From Bugula neritina (taxonomy: Eukaryota; Animalia; Bryozoa), in assembly GCA_964035545.1 (NCBI GenBank), contig OZ037769.1:12244633-12308632 (forward strand): a stretch of 64,000 nucleotides of DNA. Direction: 5' to 3'. Positions 28,901 through 40,100 of this stretch are shown here, one piece after another. Every line of letters begins with the position of its first letter. The first letter of the stretch is position 1. The position numbers and the translations under genes were made by a program. Below the pieces are notes generated by a model. That model had not been told where the DNA came from. It did not search any database and saw nothing but the letters and a program-made list of their open reading frames with translations.

Positions 28901-29513
28901 ATTCCTTGAGAAATAATACACTATTTTGATAAGCGTGTTGCATATTGGAAGGAAGCAGCGGTGGTCTAGGGGTTAGAGTGTTTGCCTAGTAAACAAGAGG
29001 TCATGGCCATTGGTGATGTTAGGAAAAGCATCCAGTCATAATTGCTCTTGTGTCTCATTTAGATAAGACTTTAGCCTGCTTTAGCAAAAACTTTTTCCAC
29101 CAGGGGCTTCTCACAGGGATGGCCACTATAAACTTGCGTTAGTTTTTTTGTTGTATATTGGAACATGATGAACATTTAATATTAAGAATTCTGAGTCACT
29201 CAGCTTTGCTAGAACTTAGGAGTAAAAATTTTTATAGAAACAACAGAAGAAATGGGTTCCTAAAATGGCAAACCTTTACAACAACTGAATTGGGAAACTT
29301 ACCAAACAAGAAGATGGTTGCTATATGTAATGAACCGATAATACCGCTTTCCTGGAGTCCAATGTTGAAGAATTTCTGATGGGCTATGGTCATATTACCG
29401 AGTATACCAAAACTGAATCCTCTGTTACACACATGTGATAGAAAAGACATGAACAGTATCCACCAAGCATAACCTCGATCTTTATTTGTGGATATCCTTG
29501 GGCAGCAGTTCAT
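22995..29513 (-). CDS. SLC16/monocarboxylate transporter-like MFS protein, tandem copy 3
   Basis: Exons approximately 29303-29513, 28492-28635, 27534-27791, 26764-26913, 26412-26551, 26019-26117, 24324-24456, 24064-24197, 23432-23600, 22995-23122. The last exon has a 9-bp in-frame deletion relative to copies 1 and 2. Confidence 0.85.
27791..28100. repeat. 12-bp minisatellite (CCTGTAATATAG)x~26 built from the exon-3 splice acceptor of transporter copy 3
   Basis: On the gene strand the unit is CTATATTACAG|G, contiguous with the real acceptor at 27792/27791. Confidence 0.95.
28951..29148 (+). mobile_element. tRNA-derived SINE with a 15-bp TSD
   Basis: A-box-like ggtggtctaggggttagag; B box deleted relative to the 6155 copy; T-rich tail. 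TSD tgttgcatattggaa (28936-28950) / tgttgtatattggaa (29149-29163). Confidence 0.8.
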
Positions 29514-30228
29514 CCTGACAGTAAAAGTGTCTTTTAACTTAACAGTTACTGTGTGAAGTTGTGTAAATAATGCCTGAACATTGTAAACATTCAGCTAGAG
29601 TTTGAGATCTTAATACTAATACTAGCCTTAAACTAGATAACAGCATAGTAGTTTAGTTCTATTGTAGTATCTCGGCTAATAAATAAATACCGAACAGCCA
29701 ACAGCACGTGACTAATATAGACAGACACAAAGCAAGTCAAAGTGCACTGCACATATACACAATTAGTGTAATTAGCCTAGTGGCTATTCAATATAATAAT
29801 AATACATTGTAAAATAATAAGGGTGTTCAACTTACGTGCAGTAAAAGAGCTGTGCAATGTCTTTTTGATATTATTTGTGAAGTTCTTGGTCTATGTTACA
29901 CAAGAATATATAAACTAAACATTTTGTAATTCACTGCATAAACAAAGTGTTTCATAACCGTGTTTTTCTCCATGTAGGATATCATGAATGATATATCTAG
30001 ACTGATTTACCAGTCACTCTTTTGTATCAGAATTGTGGTGTCATTCAACTATGAAAGCCAGTATATGATTGGTTTAGCAGCAGTAGCTTTTCAGCGGCTA
30101 TACTATACATTGTATTTATTACATACGACAGGATACCACCCAACCACTACTTGTGGTTGACATAACTGTACATATTGCAGCAATATTGATATAACTTGTA
30201 AAATATTGCCTCCAGCATCTCTCTGAAG

Positions 30229-30561
30229 CAGGGCTGACCAGCAGAGCCAAATGCAGCCCCCAGCTTACATTCATGTGACTCTCAAAGGCATAAACATAAA
30301 ATTATTTTCTTCACATATGTTAACTAGTGTGGAAAAACCACCTTTTAAATGTCTTATTTATATACCTGCTCTAAACCAATCAGTCTGCTGTCATTATTTG
30401 AACTTGATTGTTTAATGATTATTAGGAATTTGGAATAAAGTAATTTGAACAATACTGACACTGTGGCCCCCAGCCCAATTAGCTAAGTTTTTACCAAGTG
30501 GCTCTCGCCATGGAATATTCCATTTTAGGGGCTGTTGCTCTGAAAAGGTTGGACACCCCTG
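30229..30561. mobile_element. Possible old hAT-like non-autonomous element
   Basis: Right end ggttggacacccctg is a typical CAGGGGTGTCCAACC hAT terminus. Left end cagggctgaccagc is degenerate and no convincing 8-bp TSD was found. Confidence 0.4.
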
Positions 30562-32912
30562 CACTAGACTATCAGTAAAGATAGCCAATGAAACTCTACA
30601 TGCGGTGCTTTATTATGCCTGCAGTGTGTCATTCAGAAGCCTTTCCCTTTGCAGGAATATTTGGAGAATGAAAAGTCTTCAGTCTAGGAAAAAGGGAAAG
30701 TGTTGGTGAATGCTGGGCAGATGATGCAAAGTGTTTATGGTTTACTTTATTTTGATCCATTTACCTTCACTTTTGGAATTTAAAAAAGACATACATTTTT
30801 TTAAAACAGAAATTCATATTTACTTACAATGTAGCAAAAATATTAAAATGTATAAAAAATTATTATGCTCATAAGACTAAAGGATATAAAAGTAATAATG
30901 TTTAGTGGCAATAACAGAGCTAACTTTTTGGCTCTTGACTTATTTGCTAATTTTTATCACAAAATGCAATGTCATTAATTATTTATATTTATTATAGGCT
31001 ATCAATAAAAATTGCATTGCAATGAGTTATAGGAGTGTTATTGCCAAGTGACATTCTTGATGCCAAAAATCCAGTTGAGTGGACTGCGCTAAAAATAGCA
31101 AAAACTGAGTTATATCCAAATAAAACCAACTATAGAAAATCAGCTATACATTAGGAGTGTTAAAACCATCAAATGGTCACATCCTGAAAAAGTTCTGTAT
31201 ATTTCCCACACTGAAATGACACCAGCCAACACCAAAACCCCAGTGAATTACAATAACAGATCTGTTGTAGCCACACTTATAGCCATAGTTTCTAATATAA
31301 ACAAGATTATAACAAATACTCTGTTATTTAATGACTGCCCATTTTGTTTGCACTAATCCAAGGCTATGTACTCAATATGCCTTATATTCAGAAGACATCT
31401 GAACTTAACCAACCACAGCTGCCAGCATAGTGAAAAGATGCCAAAGCCCTAAAGTACAAAGTTAATGTGAGATTTCACTATGCCTAGGGCCACACGGTGC
31501 ATATTTTCGCATGCGAAAACTGAAATCACTAGTAGCAAAGGTGTCCACTGTTATATAAAGTCAATACCTTTGTTACATACAACTTTATACACAGAAACTA
31601 GTAAAACAAGGCATGATGAAAATAGCATTCCATAACAAATTTAGTAAAAGAAACAAATAGAATTTAAATAGCATTTAAATAAATTCTGCAGTACCTACCA
31701 AAGTGATTTGAAAAAATAAAGTACTTAATAACACCTATTTCTTAACCTCAATCCTCTAAGTAAGCTAATTCTCAATATGCTATTAATATCAACCTTTTTT
31801 TAAACTTCTTGTTAGGTTTTTTGTTTAAATTTGGTTTCTTAATTGATAAAATGTTGAATCTGAGCCACTCTTAATATTATGCTTATATCGCATTATTGAA
31901 ATTTCATCAATAAAAAATATAACGCTATTCTGTACTATTTCAGTCAATTAAAGCCAAATAATTATATTGTTAATACCTGTTTTGCTGCTCACTTATAAAT
32001 GGAAATGGTACATCTACACTATATGACCATGACCTTTATTTGCAAGAAAATTATTGACTATTAAACATGCTAATATATTATATACAGGTGAATGATATAT
32101 CGGGTACATAATCCATGCTTATAGTATATACGAAAATGTATTTACAATGCACAAGTAGACAAAGTTTCTAATACTATTATGCAAGTAGCCTACTACGTTG
32201 AAGAGAATCTTTATCAGGGAATATTAATTTACAAACCTAGTTACTGAGTAATTTAATATAGACTTCGCAGCAATATCTATGTATGCATGATAGATGAGAT
32301 ATTGAGATATAAATATGAAAATTTGAGATGTTAAAATGTGGTTGTATAGATGTTCTCATGTGATCTGAATGGTAGTAGCAGTAATTTTATATGCTGAAAG
32401 GTTTAGGGTTCTGCTTACATTTATAATATGTGTTTGAATTCATCCACCTCTCTATCCATTGAAATCCTTATATTTTGTCCTTCATATTTATAGTACAGCT
32501 ACAGAAAGAAATTGTTTTAGTCAACATTTAATATTCATAGGGAAAAATGTCAGAGTTCCAGAAATTTAATAGTATAATAACTATATATAGTGGTAGCATA
32601 TATTAGTTATTACACACACACGCACACGAACGCGCGCACATTCCAGGTTTATATTGGTATATGTATACAGAATTTTAGGTGCAGTAGTGGAGAAATTTGA
32701 GTAAGTTACTCATGTATATAGAGGAGGTATGTTGGGGTTAGTATACACCTCTGATTGGTTGGGTTTGACCTGATTTATTGAAATAACTAATTGGCACACA
32801 TCCTATTTTTGTATTTTGTTTGAATTATTGTATATAATTTATTATAATGCTTAAACTTGTTCAAAGCACCAACTATAAATACTGCTTTTCAGTGGAAGCT
32901 GTAAAATAATTT

Positions 32913-32984
32913 TGCCCCCACTGGGACTCGAACCCTAGACCTCCGGCTTGCAAGCAAGTGTGCTAACCATTACACCACGGGATC
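32913..32984 (-). pseudogene. tRNA-like sequence (tRNA pseudogene or SINE head)
   Basis: GATCCCG TG GTGTAATGGTTAGCAC ACTTGCTTGCAAGCCGG AGGTC TAGGGTTCGAGTCCCAG TGGGGGC: A and B boxes intact, but mismatches in the acceptor, anticodon and T stems and a 6-nt anticodon loop. Confidence 0.7.
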
Positions 32985-34052
32985 ACTGGGTAAACTTGAC
33001 ATTACAGAAGTCAATTTATTAGGGTTTTTTTATCAATGCTGTCATACTACTGCCACTCAACTATTATAACTTGAAATAAAATAAAAAAAAGGAGAACAGA
33101 AAGTTGATATAGTTGAATGATATTTTTATTGTTCAATTTTAATCTGGCCTATATTTGAAATTTCAAAATACTGATTTGTTTGCATAATAAACATGTATTA
33201 ACTATTGCTTTAATAATTAAGTATTATCCATAGCTGAGTGCACAAAAACTCAGTGATGTAGATGATACCCATGAAGCTTTAACATTGCATATATGTGTGG
33301 CAGAGCATTCACCAACAATTTGGGTAAAAATAATAGAATTTCCAAATCAAACATTTTCTTTTAAGTTTTTTAGTTAGTTGCTAATTCATTAATTTATTGT
33401 GATTTGCTACTGATTTTATGTGCAAAATTAGCTGGTATAAAATGTCATATACATTTAATCTTTTCACTGAAAACTTTCTTGTGTGTCTAGAGTATCTTCT
33501 AACCAGATTACTTCACCAACTCATTATGAAAGACAATACAGATGGATTCTTTGACAGACAATAAATTAGTATGTTTCATATCCAAGCCCAAAATAATATC
33601 AAAACATAGCGAGGCGAATGGAGATTGGATAAGACTGATGCACTTTTCCTCTAAAGGTGTTTGAGGATCATCGGAAGCCAGAGATAAGTCTAGCATGTTG
33701 AAAAAAATGTTCCAACACTTTTATGCAGTTAGAATATGTGATAAAATGTCTTGTTTCTACTCGTCAGCCTAAGAAGGATTGTTGACTGTAGTACACTGGT
33801 TATATATTATACATTGGTAAAGTGAAGTTTTGCTATTCACATACTTTATTGAGAGTTGTTGGTTAATTATTGTTTTCAGTAAGTTTTCACTACCTTCTAT
33901 ATAAGCAATGCTGAAATGTGGTAGCTGCAGAAAAGTCGTGAAACATACATGTATGTTAATACATTCGTAGCACAAAAAACCCATCAGTTTGTTTTGGATA
34001 TACTAATCCAAGTGAGTACCATATGGACAATTCATTAATTTTTTATAAAATG

Positions 34053-34058
34053 TTTATT
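34053..34058 (-). promoter_or_regulatory. Candidate polyadenylation signal of TBL3
   Basis: AATAAA on the minus strand ~95 nt after the stop codon. AT-rich context, so a chance match is possible. Confidence 0.45.
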
Positions 34059-34153
34059 TCCAATTTATACACTTATGTTTGAACTATATAAATAGCCTAG
34101 CAAAGTTGTTCACAGCTAAAGAATATTGTAACCTAGGGTTAGTTCCATAGCAT

Positions 34154-37100
34154 TTACACAGTACTATTTGGGGAGGTCTGCTCTCCCAGCCTCATGCACT
34201 GAAATGTATAGTCAATGAACTGCGTCTGCTGTACTAATTTGCTCATCCTCTGATAGTGACGCTCTGAAAACAGAAGCAAGAGTGGAATACAGTATGACAG
34301 AGAAAGTGTGTAGAGGTAATATAATGACATATATCTGTATAGTATAATATATACCTGCGTAGTGTATTATATACCTGTGTAGTGAAATATATACACCTGC
34401 ATAGTGTAATATATACCTGCACAGTGTAACATATACCTGTATATGGTAGAAGGCCCTCAACCGTAGAACTGATATTAGCCAGCTGTAGGAGCTCTTCTAA
34501 GGAGTGAATTTGGAGAACCTGGCTGAGTAGGAGTTGTGCCTCATGACATGTCTTGCTGTTGGTATTCCATTCAACACAGAATCTGAGCAGCACGTCTAGC
34601 AATAAGTAACCAGAATATGAGAATATGCAGAGAGAGGTCAGTGTGTTTGTCAGCAGTATGTATGTTACAATTATAGTAAGTTGAGCTCCTGGGAGATGTC
34701 AAGTATGACTAATGGAGGTTGTGATACACTCTGGGCTTAGGTTTTAAGTTACAGTACTAGAGTATTTGTTAACTACAATTCTAGCTACTACTGCTACTAC
34801 CATCACCACTACTACTGCTGCTGCTGCTGCTGCTGCTACTGCTACTGCTACTACTACTACTACCACTATTACTACAAACACTAATATTACTAACACTACT
34901 TTTACCACCGCCGCCGCTAGATATTATTGTAAAAATCAACAAGCTGAATATATGAAACATCAATCCAGTTACAATAGGGTTGTTGTTAACAAGGACTAGC
35001 AGCAGAGTATTTAAACAAAGTATGAACTCACCAATCTGTGTAAGGTCTAGTTTGGATATAGTCTCCAGTAACACATCTTCTGTCTCTTCACTAAGTATCT
35101 CTGCAACCATATAATAACGTGCAGACAACTTTCCCCCACAAATCATTTCCAATGTTATCTACCCCCACATATTTCCAGTAATATCCACTTCATCTCAGTG
35201 TTATCCCCTCACATATTTCTTCTTTTTTTGCGCATAAGTTGATTTATTACTTCTTTTTCAACTAAGATTTTGCTATACAGCGTACAAATAAAGAAATATA
35301 CATTGGCTACACTGCAGAGAGTACACCAGTCTAAAACTATAAGTGGTGGGTTGCACAGTCACACATACACTATATACTATACAGTATACACTATATACCA
35401 GAATGTAGCTACAATATGTATCTAATCAACATTTTTTGCAGTTGCACCAGTACAAACTGTAACAAAAAATACTTGTATCTGCCACCAGACTTTTGGCAAA
35501 AAGCTGTTATAAAATTATTGAACAAACTAGAGTTGTTGAAATTTCTCTGTTACATGTAAAACATGAATTGACTTGGGACTAGCAACAGAGTAGCACATGA
35601 TTAAGGCAGCTTCCTCTTTATTATACTAGAAGTTGGTAGCAGATATATGCTGATCTATGAAACATATGACATATATTCACTGTACCTTTTACTATAGTAA
35701 GAGTGTGGAAAGGTTTCTCCATTGTAAGTGCTAAACTAAGAGCTTCATGGAATCTTTTCTCATGCATTAGGTTAGACAACTCCTGTTGACTGTAGAAAAT
35801 TAGAAATAGTTACTATGGTAAGCATTTAATGCTAGTCTGATATGAGAATACCATGAGGCAAAAAACCAGTAAAATCCCACCATACATGACTTATGTTTGT
35901 CTAATGAAACCATCTACACATGCAAGGTGACAGATGACTACCACTACATTGAACATATATGGTCATGTTACACTGACATACTACAAATCAATGCATATAA
36001 CAAGAATCGATCAGAATTGAAACTTCATAAACCTTTTATGCCAAATTGATGGTTCAGAACAAACTTATAGACCAATATTTCAACATAAAACACAGAGCTA
36101 GAAAAAGTACATTTGATGCTTTGCATTTATCAAGGTGCAATATTATAATGAGTTCAGCAGTCAGTCTGTAGTAAATATTCAACTTACTTCAACAATGACT
36201 TCTCCTGTATTTCTCTATTCTTGATTATATTCGTTTCAGTGACGTCCTTGGAAAACACAGCAAATAACATTATTACTATTGTCTATCATTTTGACATTTA
36301 CTATACAAAGCATATTGAATTTTTTGTTAAAAAGACCTAGTTTCAGCCATAAAAAAAGAGCACAAATAAAACTATTTTATTAGGTTTTATACACACAATA
36401 GTCACTTTATTTCAAAACATTTCATTATTCTATAACATAAGCTAAGTGTTTCACCAGATATTTCAATATATATGCTTCATATGGAAAAATGTATTTTCAA
36501 AATTTAAGTCCAACTACCTATTTTTAAACTTATAATATATGCTAGCATGTACATCACTGTGGTACGTGTACATCACTGAGGTACATGTACATCACTGTGG
36601 CACGTGTACATCACTGTGGTGCATGTACATCACTGTGTATATATACATTGACTAGAGACACAACTCACCTTCCACACAACAATAGTTGCATTAGCACAGC
36701 CAGACACCATGCGGTTCTGTGTGTGTTTACACACCGTTAAAGCCCAACACCTTTCTGAATGTCCTTCAAAGGTCTTCACCAACTCTGTATCCTTTATATT
36801 CCATAATCTAACCAGTCCGTCATCATCACTACATTATATAATATATAATGTAGCACATCCCATACAGTGTATACTATACTATACAATGTGTAGTATATAT
36901 ACCATATAATGTGTAGTATATAAACCATACTGTGTGTAGTATATATAATACAATGTGTAGTATATATATACACTACTGTGTGTAGTATATATACCATACA
37001 ATGCGTAGTATATATACCATACAATGCGTAGTATATATACCATACAATGTGTAGTATATATACCATACAATGTGTAGTATATATCATACAATGTGTAGTA

Positions 37101-40100
37101 TAGATACCATACTATGTGGTAGTAATATATCCTGTATACTAAGATGTCTCCCAAGACATATATATCAGGCAGAAAGCTATCGGATAGTAATGTAACTACT
37201 TAAGAACAAATAGCGGCAGGTTGTTGAATGTGTGCAGTTTATACCAGTATGTGTCTAAAATGTGGTTTTTTCGCAGCCTCATATGACTTTTTCAGAAAAG
37301 GAAATGATGCGTACCTGGATACAAATTGCATTCCTCGAGTCACAAAGCAGACGTTCAAAACAGGAGACTCATGACCTTCAAACGTCTGCAAGTATAGAAT
37401 ATATAAATTAAGGTGACACATTTACCATTGAGATGACACATTTACCAGTGAGGTGACTTATTTACCATTGAGATGACACATTTACTATTGAGATGACACA
37501 TTTACTAGTAAGATAAAACATTTACTATTGAGGTGACACATTTACCAATGAGATGACTCATTTAATAGTAAGATAAAACATTTACTATTGAGATGACACA
37601 TTTACCAGTGAGATGACACATTTACTAGTAAGATAAAACATTTACTATTGAGATGACACATTTACCAGTGAGATGACACATTTACCTTGATGCAGGTGAA
37701 GCTTGATATATCAAACATCTTCAGAGTTCCGTCTGCAGAAGCGGTGATGGCACACTACAAATAGCAAAGAATCCTTTGAATTGGTCAACAACTACTCAGA
37801 GTACGAATGAAACAGTAGTTTGTTGTATGCAATGTGCCACAGTTCAGATGTCTATTTAGACTAAGATATTCTCTGGCCAAACAAAATAAACACGAGTAGG
37901 TTGGGATGGAGAGGTAGACTACCCAAAAGAATTACCTGGTCTACAGGAGAGAACTTAGCCTTCCATATGCCCCGTGTGTGTCCTTTCAATATTCCAACCA
38001 GTGAGAGATCATCAGCCCTCCAGATCTGAAGCAGACGTACAATGGTAGAACTATACAGTATACTGTGTGGAGGTAGAACTATACAGTATACTGTGTGAAG
38101 GTGGAACTATACAGTATACTATGTGGAGGTCGAACTATACAGTATACTGTGTGGAGGTAGAACTATACAGTATACTGTGTGGAGGCAGAACTATACAGTA
38201 TACTGTGTGGAGGTCGAACTATACAGTATACTGTGTGGAGGTAGAACTATACAGTATACTGTGTGGAGGTAGAACTATACGGTATACTGTGTGGAGGTAG
38301 AACTATACGGTATACTGTGTGGAGGTAGAACTATACGGTATACTGTGTGGAGGTAAAACTATACGGTATACTGTGTGGAGGTAGAACTATACGGTATACT
38401 ATGTGAAGGTAGAACTATACAGTATACTGTGTGAAGGTAGAACTATACAGTATACTATGTGGAAGTAGAACCATACAGTATACTATGTAGAGGTAGAACT
38501 ATACAGTATACTGTGTGAAGGTAGAACTACACAGTATACTATGTGGAGGTAGAACTATACAGTATACTGTGTGGAGGTGGAACTATACAGTATACTGTGT
38601 GGAGGTGGAACTATACAGTATACTGTGTGGAGGTAGAACTATACAGTATACTATGTGGAGGTGGAACTATACAGTATACTGTGTGGAGGTGGAACTATAC
38701 AGTATACTGTGTGGAGGTAGAACTATACAGTATACTGTGTGGAGGTAGAACTATACAGTATACTGTGTGGAGGTAGAACTATACAGTATACTATGTGGAG
38801 GTGGAACTATACAGTATACTGTGTGGAGGTGGAACTATACAGTATACTGTGCGGAGGTAGAACTATACAGTATACTGTGTGGAGGTGGAACTATACAGTA
38901 TACTATGTGGAGGTAGAACTATACAGTATACTATGTGGAGGTAGAACTATACAGTATACTGTGTGGAGGTAGAACTATACGGTATACTGTGTGGAGGTAG
39001 AACTAAACAGTATACTATGTGGAGGTAGAACTATACAGTATACTATGTGGAGGTAGAACTATACAGTATACTGTGTGGAGGTAGAACTATACGGTATACT
39101 GTGTGGAGGTAGAACTAAACAGTATACTATGTGGAGGTAGAACTATACAGTATACTATGTGGAGGTAGAACTATGCAGTATACTATGTGAGAGATAAGAT
39201 ACAGATACAGACACTAGCATGCAGTGAGAGACAACTACCTTAGCTGTTTTATCGCGAGATCCCGTGAGAACGAGACGGTCGTTTGGCGACATGTCAACAG
39301 AGTTGATGTCTCTGTCATGAGCCAGAACCATCTGCGTGCAGTAGATCTGTTCAGGAGAGTCTGTCAGATCTTCTGTTGGCCCCTTCCACAGCTTCAGCGT
39401 GTTGTCAACACTTCCTGTCAGCATAGCGCTGCAACTCAACCTGCAGATATGTTACGAATCTTATCTGCAGATATGTTATACATTCTATCTGCAGATATGC
39501 ACTGCAACATACACGTAAGTAGTAGATGCAGTTATTGCAGTATGTAAACTGTAAAGCACTATTTCGTAAACAGACTGGTAAATGAGGTTCACTGAGTCAA
39601 TTACAGAATTAGTATTTAACTGACCTAATTGACTGAATAGTAAAGTAACTGGCCTAGTTGACTGAATAGTAACTTGACTGACCTAGTTAACTGAATAGTA
39701 ACTTGACTGACCTAGTTAAACACACACTGGATACGGATTGAGCATGCCCAGTAGCTCTGTATATCTTATGCATATCGTGTATGTTTTCACCCAGACTCCA
39801 CAGGATGGCTGTGTTATCTTTGGAGCCAGAGAGTAGGAGGTGGCCATCAGTACTTACAGAGAGGGTGGTTACCAGGTCCGTGTGGCCGTAGAGGCAATCG
39901 CTGTAAGGAAATTGGGCTAAATATCAAGATATAACTCAGGCTGGAACTGAAAGGGTGTGTACAAAAGTTGGTAGTAGTTTTCATATAATTGAGAATGTTG
40001 AAGATCTTTTCAAAATTCATTTGCATTAAAAAATCAAAAGCCGGAAAAATCACAAATATACCTGAAGTCTTAAAATTAATAAAACAACACAAAAATGCTG

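Noticed and set aside
32913-32984. Functional tRNA gene (Ala-TGC/Cys-GCA-like)
   Set aside because: Stem mismatches and a 6-nt anticodon loop; treated as a pseudogene or SINE head. tRNAscan-SE would be decisive.
33508-33984. Short ORFs between the transporter array and TBL3
   Set aside because: No recognisable motif and no consistent splice structure.
38044-39188. 28-bp palindromic repeats (and the 35-bp array at 62510) resembling CRISPR repeats
   Set aside because: Head-to-tail units with no unique spacers, no cas genes, and a eukaryotic intronic context.
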